Shown here: positions 47,315-54,296 of the stretch, piece by piece
Layout: each line of letters starts with the position of its first letter
How positions within the stretch are numbered: the first letter of the stretch is position 1
DNA from: a virus
Taxonomy: Duplodnaviria; Caudoviricetes
DNA length: 56,158 nucleotides
Reading direction: 5' to 3' (one strand)
IMG/VR virus record: IMGVR_UViG_3300022902_001182
Location: 1-56,158 of that record
Program-made: the position numbers and the translations under genes
Notes under the pieces: model-generated
Database searches by the model: none
Told to the model about the DNA's origin: nothing
Seen by the model: only the letters and a program-made list of their open reading frames with translations

Positions 47315-48208
47315 TCATATGCCAAGTAAATTCCCGATTTTAAATGCCATTTTTTCGGACCAAGACTCAACAATTTTCTTGCCAGCATCAGGAACATTAT
47401 TCTTTTGCCACATTTTTATTTCAGCCATGGCTATTGAATTCTTCAAAAAAACCTTGATAGCAACAAGCGGGGATGATAACCCAACGTTCTCAATTTTTGG
47501 ATATCCTGCAAATATAACCCCTATTAACTCATTTTTGGAGTTAATAATAGGAGATCCACTCGACCCTGGTTTTGTAGGGATTGTATATACTGAATATCCC
47601 CTATCATGATATCCTGAGAATACTCCCTGGAATAAGAGAACTGTGTCTCTCCAAAAGAGTCCATGTGGCGCTGCCATATTTTTTACCATATCCCCAGGTT
47701 CCGGGGGTAACTTTGATATTTTTAGTACTGGCGGGGCTTTATAAATATCACGAACCTTCATAAGACATAAATCAAATCTATCATTTGTTTTTACAACTTC
47801 ACCACGATGAGGAATTCCATTCAAACCCACGACAGTAAAGGTAGATTTTTTCTTTTTAATAATAATGTCACCAACCCGCCGCACAGATGGTATATTATTT
47901 TTACACGAATGTCCAGCAGTCAGAACATAATATATACTTTCAGATATTTCACTACGAAATATATAAGCCCCGGAAGAAACATACTTCATAATGGCTCCTT
48001 GACATTCTGACATACCTGTTTCTTTATTGAGACCACAACCCTCTAGCTCAACTTCTTGCCTGACCTGTGTAAACGCCTCACGAGGGAATTTGTTTATAAT
48101 TTTCGGAGTGCTTATTATATCAGATGTGGCACATCCGTTTACACAACTAATAAAAAACAACAGTGAAACCGTAAGAAACTTGACGTATATTGGATGTTTT
48201 TCATTCAT
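47315..48208 (-). CDS. Trypsin-like serine protease with signal/lipoprotein-like N-terminus
   Basis: LTAGHSC (His), FDLCLM (Asp), PGSSGSPI (Ser); hydrophobic FLTVSLLFFISCVNGC. Confidence 0.9.
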   Translation of the reverse strand: MNEKHPIYVKFLTVSLLFFISCVNGCATSDIISTPKIINKFPREAFTQVRQEVELEGCGLNKETGMSECQGAIMKYVSSGAYIFRSEISESIYYVLTAGHSCKNNIPSVRRVGDIIIKKKKSTFTVVGLNGIPHRGEVVKTNDRFDLCLMKVRDIYKAPPVLKISKLPPEPGDMVKNMAAPHGLFWRDTVLLFQGVFSGYHDRGYSVYTIPTKPGSSGSPIINSKNELIGVIFAGYPKIENVGLSSPLVAIKVFLKNSIAMAEIKMWQKNNVPDAGKKIVESWSEKMAFKIGNLLGI

Positions 48209-48287
48209 AGTAAAGTAACTATGTTTTTAAAAGACTATTTATCCATAGTAAATCTATTCAAGTTTTATAAAAAGATAGGAAAGACAA

Positions 48288-48515
48288 ATGATAAGCAATA
48301 TTTTGATGGCAGGAATCTTAATATTTTCCGGACAAGAACTAACAAAATCAAGTATTTGGCAAAAAATAGAAGGAACTTGGTCTTATATTGGAAAAGTCCA
48401 AGAAAAGCCACAAGTTCTTTTTTGGCTAGAAAAGAATATAAAAAGTAAGAATCAAGAGATATTTACTAAAGAGATAAAGAAGATGCCATTTCTAACTTTA
48501 TCTCCAAAGGGATAG
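48288..48515 (+). CDS. Hypothetical small secreted/membrane protein
   Basis: AGGA SD, hydrophobic N-terminus, ACTATTTA motif at 48234-48241. Confidence 0.5.
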   Translation: MISNILMAGILIFSGQELTKSSIWQKIEGTWSYIGKVQEKPQVLFWLEKNIKSKNQEIFTKEIKKMPFLTLSPKG

Positions 48516-48552
48516 GTCAAGTATATATAGCCTCTCCCATAGGGGGGCTACA

Positions 48553-49020
48553 TTGAAAATATCAAAGATAAGATTTGTCCTACTGTGTTTATTTACACTT
48601 AGTTGTTTAACTGCGTTTTATTGGCACACAAAATATCAGACCCAGTTCCAAATAATAATCCCACAAAAAACAACTTATTATACTCCGGGTCAACAAGACA
48701 ACTGTAAGTGGGTTGTACACATAAGTAGAGAGGTCACAACAAGAGAAGGTGATATGTCACCGGCACAAATAGGAATCCCAGAGGTTGCCGGCAATGGCTA
48801 TATTTCTGGAGTGGTGCAGAGTGGTCCAGGTAAATCTATCATAATGGCATTTAACCTCCCAAAAACTGTTTCTAAGCTACCCCCGATTATTATGATTGCC
48901 AGCTATAATAATAAAACGCTGCCCATAAAAACTATTCGTTTTCGTGTTATGAATAGCACACTAATGTCAATGTCGGTGTATTCCTCATATGAAAAATGTA
49001 TTGAGGCAACTATGAAATGA
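48553..49020 (+). CDS. Hypothetical membrane-anchored protein
   Basis: AGGGGG SD, TTG start, FVLLCLFTLSCLTAFYW anchor; overlaps the next gene. Confidence 0.65.
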   Translation: MKISKIRFVLLCLFTLSCLTAFYWHTKYQTQFQIIIPQKTTYYTPGQQDNCKWVVHISREVTTREGDMSPAQIGIPEVAGNGYISGVVQSGPGKSIIMAFNLPKTVSKLPPIIMIASYNNKTLPIKTIRFRVMNSTLMSMSVYSSYEKCIEATMK

Positions 49021-50234
49021 AATACTTTCTTCTGTTGTTGCCGGCAATATCAGCGTGTGATGATACGATGTTAATACGCCATGACTGCCCCCTCGGTCAA
49101 ACCAGGCAATGCTCCTGGAATCCAGAAAGTACACAACTCCCGTCCGGACTATGCAAATATGGAACACAAATATGCAGTTCTAAAGGCTGGTCAGAATGTG
49201 TTGGTGCGGTAGGACCAACAGAAGAAGTCTGTGATGGCTATGACAATGATTGCGATATGTTAATAGATGAATCCTATCCAGAAGAACATCAATTATGTGG
49301 TTTTGTTGAGGGTGCTAATTATGGCTCCGGAGTTTGTATCCCTGGAGTTATGACTTGCGATAACTCTGGCACTCTATATTGTTCTGGACATATAGGACCA
49401 TCAACAGAGATCTGTGATGGTATTGATAATAATTGTGATGGAACAGTAGATGAAGGAATCGCTAACTCAACAGCAATTGTTTGTTATGAAGGTCCAGAAG
49501 GAACAATGGCGATTGGAGAGTGTAGGGCCGGCGTAAAATATTGCAGTGAAGGTATCTTTGATGGTCCATGCGACGGACAGGTATTGCCCACGGCAGAACG
49601 CTGTGATGATCTAGATAATGACTGTGACGGCGAAGTTGACGAAGGTCTAGATACTCGTGGAGTAGACATTGTATTTGTCCTTGACATTTCTAGCTCGTTT
49701 GATGACGAGATAGACTCTATGATTGCCGGCATCGCTCCCCTTTTAGACGACCCTTTGACGAGCAGTTTTCGCTTTGGACTAGTTGTAGTAGGTCTAGCTA
49801 ACCGTCGCGACGTGCCACCCCAAGAACGGCACTCAACTCTCATCACTGATTTTGTTCCGGCTGATGAATTCTTGTCCTTTCTTGAGAGTACACGATCAAT
49901 GAGAAGTGGTGGCATTGAGCCAACTCTTGATGCTATGATATGGACCATGAATGGAAGCTTCCAATTTTCTTGGCGACAAGATGCGCAAAAAGTAATAATC
50001 ACGATGACCGATGAAGAGGCACAAACAGTTATCAATACTCCCGGTGCTGATGTTCACGCTATGGCGGTCAATGGTGCCTTTGAACTATTCGTCTTTGCAT
50101 TGCCAATACATCATAATGGCTTTTTATCTTCTGTTGGCGGTGAGCAAAGAAGGCTATTTTCACCTTCTGTAAACTCCACAACCGTCTTCCAGCAAATCAG
50201 ACAGATATTTGATGATTTGTGCGTTAGAGAATAA
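49017..50234 (+). CDS. Cys-rich putative-metal-binding-repeat (MopE-like) + vWA-domain lipoprotein
   Basis: Lipobox-like LLLLPAISA-C; three ExCDGxDN(D/N)CDGxxDE-type repeats; vWA MIDAS DIVFVLDISSS...GGIE...MTDE. Confidence 0.85.
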   Translation: MKYFLLLLPAISACDDTMLIRHDCPLGQTRQCSWNPESTQLPSGLCKYGTQICSSKGWSECVGAVGPTEEVCDGYDNDCDMLIDESYPEEHQLCGFVEGANYGSGVCIPGVMTCDNSGTLYCSGHIGPSTEICDGIDNNCDGTVDEGIANSTAIVCYEGPEGTMAIGECRAGVKYCSEGIFDGPCDGQVLPTAERCDDLDNDCDGEVDEGLDTRGVDIVFVLDISSSFDDEIDSMIAGIAPLLDDPLTSSFRFGLVVVGLANRRDVPPQERHSTLITDFVPADEFLSFLESTRSMRSGGIEPTLDAMIWTMNGSFQFSWRQDAQKVIITMTDEEAQTVINTPGADVHAMAVNGAFELFVFALPIHHNGFLSSVGGEQRRLFSPSVNSTTVFQQIRQIFDDLCVRE

Positions 50235-50498
50235 TCACTCTTCTGGTAAATCTTCTATTTCTGCCAGCAATGGTATAAGATTTGCCATTTCTTCAGAAGT
50301 TGCGATCAGCATATGTGCCATATCTGAAACTGTTTTCGTTGCTGCTACCTGCGTACCGGCGTTTATCTCCGCTCCCATAGCGTCAACAGCCTTTTTATAA
50401 TTTACTTCAAACCGTGCCAATATATTAGCAAGAGATGAACTTGTCAATCTCCTAATATCTTCTTTGCTAACGTTCATTGTTATTTTTTTATGGCTCAT
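50235..50498 (-). CDS. Hypothetical protein
   Basis: 87-aa helical ORF overlapping the J-domain gene, AAGGA SD. Confidence 0.65.
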   Translation of the reverse strand: MSHKKITMNVSKEDIRRLTSSSLANILARFEVNYKKAVDAMGAEINAGTQVAATKTVSDMAHMLIATSEEMANLIPLLAEIEDLPEE

Positions 50499-51108
50499 AT
50501 TTTATTCCTTTGTATTTGAAGATATTTAATATTATATCCCTCTTTGTTTCCTCATTTTCGGCACCATGCCATGCCCACGCAGTTGTTTTCTTCATATTAG
50601 ATATATCTTCTGTAAGTTTATTTATATTGTTTTTCAGGAGAGCAATTGACTCAGCGCCTAGTCCTGATAGTTCTATATTAAGCGCACCGGCAATATCCAA
50701 AAGCCTCGCTATATTGTTTTCGTCATAAGCAGTAGTTGCATCTGAGAATTGTTCTGCATAATCGTTATTTCCTGTCTTGTCTGGATGTGTCTTTTCCGCA
50801 ATCCTCCTATAAAGATTTTTTACGTCCTTGTTCTTTGGCATTGACGGGCTGGATTCTAATAGCTCCGTTTCTTCAGTGTCTTTCTCGTCTGTTGGCGGCT
50901 CTTCTTGTTCTGGTGGTACGGCATTTTGCCCTGGTGGTTGATATTCAACAGGTGGTCCAAATATAGCAGAATATTGTTCTGGATAGTTCTCTTCTATAAA
51001 CTTTCTCATATCTGGTTCCGTTGCTAAACAAGCAACATCCACATCTTCCATTTCAAGCTTTAGATAAGAATATTGAAAGCTTAGCTTTTTCGTATTTTGC
51101 GGGCACAT
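50488..51108 (-). CDS. J-domain (DnaJ-like) protein
   Basis: VKNLYRRIAEKTHPDK...FSDATTAY with HPD motif. Start revised to MCPQN because the longer frame runs through a terminator. Confidence 0.8.
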   Translation of the reverse strand: MCPQNTKKLSFQYSYLKLEMEDVDVACLATEPDMRKFIEENYPEQYSAIFGPPVEYQPPGQNAVPPEQEEPPTDEKDTEETELLESSPSMPKNKDVKNLYRRIAEKTHPDKTGNNDYAEQFSDATTAYDENNIARLLDIAGALNIELSGLGAESIALLKNNINKLTEDISNMKKTTAWAWHGAENEETKRDIILNIFKYKGIKYEP

Positions 51109-51127
51109 AATATAAATAGTTACCTTT

Positions 51128-51160
51128 AAAAAAGAACAGGGAGCCGAAGCCCCCTGTTCA
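51128..51160 (-). terminator. Intrinsic terminator after the fibre-like gene
   Basis: Minus strand GAACAGGGGGC-UUCG-GCUCCCUGUUC-UUUUUU. Confidence 0.9.
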
Positions 51161-51184
51161 AAAAAACCTTTTAGCAAATCAGGT

Positions 51185-52624
51185 CTAAACTTGATTTACC
51201 TGAAGTATACCACCGCTCACCTGGAACTTGAACTCTTGCAGAAGACCGCCTGAGTCCGTACCCATGATCTGGATATGCGGAATATCGTTGATTTGAGCCT
51301 CCGCGGCGCTGTCGCCGACGGCGATTGGTGTCATATTATTCATAATGGTACCATAAGCTCTAAGCACTGTACCTTGACCAGATCCAGTCATCAGGGTTCT
51401 GTTAGTACGATATGAAGAGCCAGTTATATCACCGGTCATATTAATACTGCCTACGGAGGTAACATTTCCTGACCCATCAACCACAAAATCATCACTAGCG
51501 ACCGAAAGAGTCGCGACCGACGCCTGACCAGTAGCAACAATCGTGCTTGCACCAGCAATCGCACCAGCATCAGTAATACCACCAGAGTTTAGATCCAAGC
51601 TTGTAAAATCACCAATCTTGGCCCTAACATCACCACTATAGTGACCGTTAACAAAGAATACATCGCCAGAACCTGTCAGGCTTCGAAGACCACTTGCGAT
51701 GTCAGCATTTGCATCAAGAACAAGAGCCTTGGCAGCAGCACCAGCACCATTAGTAATGCCATCAATCTTAAGAAGATCAGCAGCGCCAACAGTAGTAGAC
51801 CCAACAGACAAGTTAGTAGAAGCAATCAAATCAACGGCTCTAACATCGTTAGAGTAGTGACCGTTAGCAAAGAATACATCGCCAGAACCTGTCAGGCTTC
51901 GAAGACCACTTGCGATGTCAGCATTTGCATCAAGAACAAGAGCCTTGGCAGCAGCACCAGCACCATTAGTAATGCCATCAATCTTAAGAAGATCAGCAGC
52001 GCCAACAGTAGTAGACCCAACAGACAAGTTAGTAGAAGCAATCAAATCAACGGCTCTAACATCGTTAGAGTAGTGACCGTTAGCAAAGAATACATCGCCA
52101 GAACCTGTCAGGCTTCGAAGACCACTTGCGATGTCAGCATTTGCATCAAGAACAAGAGCCTTGGCAGCAGCACCAGCACCATTAGTAATGCCATCAATCT
52201 TAGCAATATCAGCTTCAAGAACTTCAGTAGTGCCAACTGTTAGAGCACCACCAGAAGCGGTCAGGCTCACAGCCGATACACCACCTACATCTAATGTCAA
52301 TGTATTAGAAGCAAAGACAAGACCAGAACTAGCACCGAACTCACCGCTATCATTATACTGTACTTGTGTAGTACTACCAGCAGCATCATTAGACGCATCC
52401 GAGGCAGCACGGAGATAATTCAGTGCTTGAATAACCGAACCCGAATTTCCCAAAAACGAAGCACTAAGAACGGCGCTTGTATCAACCATTGCCGGTGCAC
52501 TATCTGTTGCTACAACGGGAAGACTGACGAAAGCGCCAGAATTTGGATCATATATCAATCCACCAAGTTGTTCATTATTAACAATATAAGGTAGTGCATT
52601 ACCACCTGATACATAAGTTCTCAT
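51185..52624 (-). CDS. Fibre-like virion protein with 72-aa tandem repeats
   Basis: Gly/Ala/Ser/Thr-rich; AAGSTTQVQYNDSGEFGAS fibre-type motif; strong GGAGG SD; own terminator. Confidence 0.75.
   Translation of the reverse strand: MRTYVSGGNALPYIVNNEQLGGLIYDPNSGAFVSLPVVATDSAPAMVDTSAVLSASFLGNSGSVIQALNYLRAASDASNDAAGSTTQVQYNDSGEFGASSGLVFASNTLTLDVGGVSAVSLTASGGALTVGTTEVLEADIAKIDGITNGAGAAAKALVLDANADIASGLRSLTGSGDVFFANGHYSNDVRAVDLIASTNLSVGSTTVGAADLLKIDGITNGAGAAAKALVLDANADIASGLRSLTGSGDVFFANGHYSNDVRAVDLIASTNLSVGSTTVGAADLLKIDGITNGAGAAAKALVLDANADIASGLRSLTGSGDVFFVNGHYSGDVRAKIGDFTSLDLNSGGITDAGAIAGASTIVATGQASVATLSVASDDFVVDGSGNVTSVGSINMTGDITGSSYRTNRTLMTGSGQGTVLRAYGTIMNNMTPIAVGDSAAEAQINDIPHIQIMGTDSGGLLQEFKFQVSGGILQVNQV
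51639..52202. repeat. 216-bp tandem repeat, ~2.6 near-identical copies
   Basis: gtgaccgtta recurs at 51641, 51857 and 52073; only one substitution seen (51651). Confidence 0.95.
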
Positions 52625-52653
52625 ATTTATTTTCCTCCGAAATATGAAATAGA

Positions 52654-52701
52654 AAAATATAACCTAAATGTAAACATTCAGAAAATATAACCTAAATGTA
52701 A
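52654..52701. repeat. Two perfect 20-bp direct repeats (aaaatataacctaaatgtaa) in the leader of the fibre-like gene
   Basis: Copies at 52654-52673 and 52682-52701; 13-bp partial copy at 52889-52901. Confidence 0.85.
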
Positions 52702-52907
52702 CTTGAATATTTGAAACTACCGTAACACACAACATAAAAACAAGAACGAATTCTGTGCGTCTGTATATAGTGAAGAGTTATCAATATTAGTGGAGATAAC
52801 ATCTAAAAAGTTACAGAACTTTAGACAACTAATATTCGGGGAGTTAGCTTCCGAACATGGCTTTGACGACCGGCATTCACTTTTATTCATATAACCTAAA
52901 TTATTAA

Positions 52908-52937
52908 ATAAAAAAGCCCCATCCGAAGATGAGGCTT
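52908..52937 (-). terminator. Intrinsic terminator downstream of tRNA-Ser
   Basis: Minus strand AAGCCUCAUC-UUCG-GAUGGGGCUU-UUUUAU. Confidence 0.85.
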
Positions 52938-52979
52938 AGTAGTTGTATTTTGTTGACGTCAATGGGAACAACCACGCCC

Positions 52980-53067
52980 TGGAGGAAGAGGAGAGATTCG
53001 AACTCTCGGTACATCACTGCACAAGGCATTTCTAGTGCCTCACCATCGACCACTCGGACACTCTTCC
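52980..53067 (-). tRNA. tRNA-Ser (anticodon AGA), long variable arm, encoded CCA
   Basis: Acceptor GGAAGAG/CTCTTCC, anticodon arm AGGCA-CT-AGA-AA-TGCCT, T arm GAGAG-TTCGAAT-CTCTC. Confidence 0.88.
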
Positions 53068-53286
53068 TTATAAATAAACGTTCTTTATGATTCCCTTCTT
53101 ATCATAGATCTTGCCGGCAATCCTAGATGGGGTGCTGAAGGTTACAACATAAGCATCATCCTCTATGACTCTGGTTTGGGGTTTGAGAGCTATTGCCTGC
53201 CTTGGCTGAGGTCCATTGACTCCTGTAACCATCGCAGCAATAGAGGTTGCAAATGGATCTGGGTACATATACTTCTCAATTTTCAT
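53068..53286 (-). CDS. Hypothetical protein
   Basis: 72 aa, GAGG SD; its stop codon abuts the tRNA-Ser 5' end. Confidence 0.6.
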   Translation of the reverse strand: MKIEKYMYPDPFATSIAAMVTGVNGPQPRQAIALKPQTRVIEDDAYVVTFSTPSRIAGKIYDKKGIIKNVYL

Positions 53287-53295
53287 AGCAACCTC

Positions 53296-53619
53296 TCAGT
53301 ATGGTTTTGCATGGCCCTCGGCGATTAACCATTGATTTATATTTTCTTCTTCAATAAATACCTCACCAAGCCATCTTCCAAACTTTCCTTTTTTGTCCTT
53401 AGATGTTTTGATGGTTATAACCTTTCCGAGGATTCTCGCACGGAGAGCATCTCGGGAGATGAGTCCCTCAGATTTGCTCTCACCTCTGACCTCTGGAGTG
53501 TTGATACCTAAGAGTCTTATCTTCTGAGATTTTAGTATAATCCCGAAGCCAAGTTCAAAGTCTACCGTGATAGTATCACCATCATATACTTTTGTAACCG
53601 TAGCTTTATACTCATACAT
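53296..53619 (-). CDS. Thermonuclease (SNase-like)
   Basis: VYDGDTI, IRLLGINTPE, KGKFGRWLGEV, NINQWLIAEGHA. Start revised to MYEYKA. Confidence 0.9.
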   Translation of the reverse strand: MYEYKATVTKVYDGDTITVDFELGFGIILKSQKIRLLGINTPEVRGESKSEGLISRDALRARILGKVITIKTSKDKKGKFGRWLGEVFIEEENINQWLIAEGHAKPY

Positions 53620-53653
53620 ACCGTATATAGCCGGCAACAATAAAAGAAAAAAA

Positions 53654-53711
53654 CCCGTGAGGGATCGCACCTCATAACCTCCGCAGCAACGGCTAGAACA
53701 CTAGATCCGGG
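53654..53711 (-). ncRNA. Miniature tRNA-like cloverleaf / pseudo-tRNA candidate
   Basis: CCCG...CTAG-TGTT-CTAG, CCGT-TGCT-GCGG, TGAGG-TGCGATC-CCTCA, CGGG, then a U-tract. Confidence 0.35.
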
Positions 53712-53724
53712 GAAACTTCCTCTA

Positions 53725-53800
53725 TGGAGCCACTTATCCGACTTGAACGGATCACATCCTGTTTACAAAACAGGTGCTCTACCAGATGAGCTAAAGCGGC
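53725..53800 (-). tRNA. tRNA-Thr (TGT)
   Basis: GCCGCTTTAGCTCATCTGGTAGAGCA CCTGT-TT-TGT-AA-ACAGG ... GTTCAAGTC ... GGCTCCA. Confidence 0.95.
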
Positions 53801-53803
53801 TTA

Positions 53804-53880
<77 letters not shown>

Positions 53881-53915
53881 ATAAGTGAGCAGTTTCATGA
53901 CCTACTCAGGTCCCG

Positions 53916-53992
53916 TGGTAGTCCCCCTAGGGATCGAACCTAGTACCTAACGATTATGAGTCGTTTGCTCTAACCAAATGAGCTAGAGGACC
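53916..53992 (-). tRNA. tRNA with CAT anticodon, most likely tRNA-Ile2 (lysidine), less likely elongator Met
   Basis: AACGA-CT-CAT-AA-TCGTT; CGACTCATAATCG arm and GGTCCTC acceptor resemble bacterial Ile2; no fMet features; TilS lies ~1.8 kb upstream. Confidence 0.9.
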
Positions 53993-54078
53993 ACATCACC
54001 CCTCTTTAGAGGGTGCTTCTTCCTATTCACTTCTCAAATCACTTACTGATGGTTTGGTAGCCTCCCCATCACTTATAT

Positions 54079-54106
54079 ACTATACCATATTTTAGTTGTC
54101 TGTCAA
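54079..54106 (-). promoter_or_regulatory. Sigma70-type promoter of the tRNA cluster: TTGACA-N16-TATAGT with extended TGn
   Basis: -35 at 54106-54101, -10 at 54084-54079. Confidence 0.75.
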
Positions 54107-54109
54107 CTT

Positions 54110-54271
54110 TTATTTATTGTTGCCGAGATTATTAGTTTGTTCCAAGCCTTCAACATAACCGCCAACGAGAATAATAGCTACAATTATAACTCCTAAAACC
54201 CAAGCTCGTATAGTACCTTCACCCTCCTCATAATATTGGTAAAAGAAAAGCTTATCCCAATCAATCTTCAT
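54110..54271 (-). CDS. Small membrane protein
   Basis: MKIDWDK... with WVLGVIIVAIILVGGYV transmembrane helix; GGAG SD. Confidence 0.6.
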   Translation of the reverse strand: MKIDWDKLFFYQYYEEGEGTIRAWVLGVIIVAIILVGGYVEGLEQTNNLGNNK

Positions 54272-54296
54272 TATTATTGCTCCGTCAAAAAAATGA

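Noticed and set aside
49484-50035. 183-aa minus-strand ORF
   Set aside because: It is antisense to the well-supported vWA lipoprotein and has a Ser-rich shadow composition.
51109-51177. N-terminal extension of the J-domain ORF given in the track
   Set aside because: It spans the upstream gene's terminator and the promoter motif.
51641-52594. Plus-strand ORFs with repeats (200, 95 and 76 aa)
   Set aside because: They are antisense shadows of the repeat-containing fibre-like gene.
53026-53040. Reading the tRNA loop as amber suppressor (CUA) or Leu (UAG), implying a recoded genome
   Set aside because: The 5-bp stem places AGA at 34-36; long ORFs are intact in the standard code and TAG, TGA and TAA all end genes.
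53993-54075. Two hairpins in the tRNA-operon leader as a possible riboswitch
   Set aside because: No recognisable aptamer consensus; could be ordinary leader structure.
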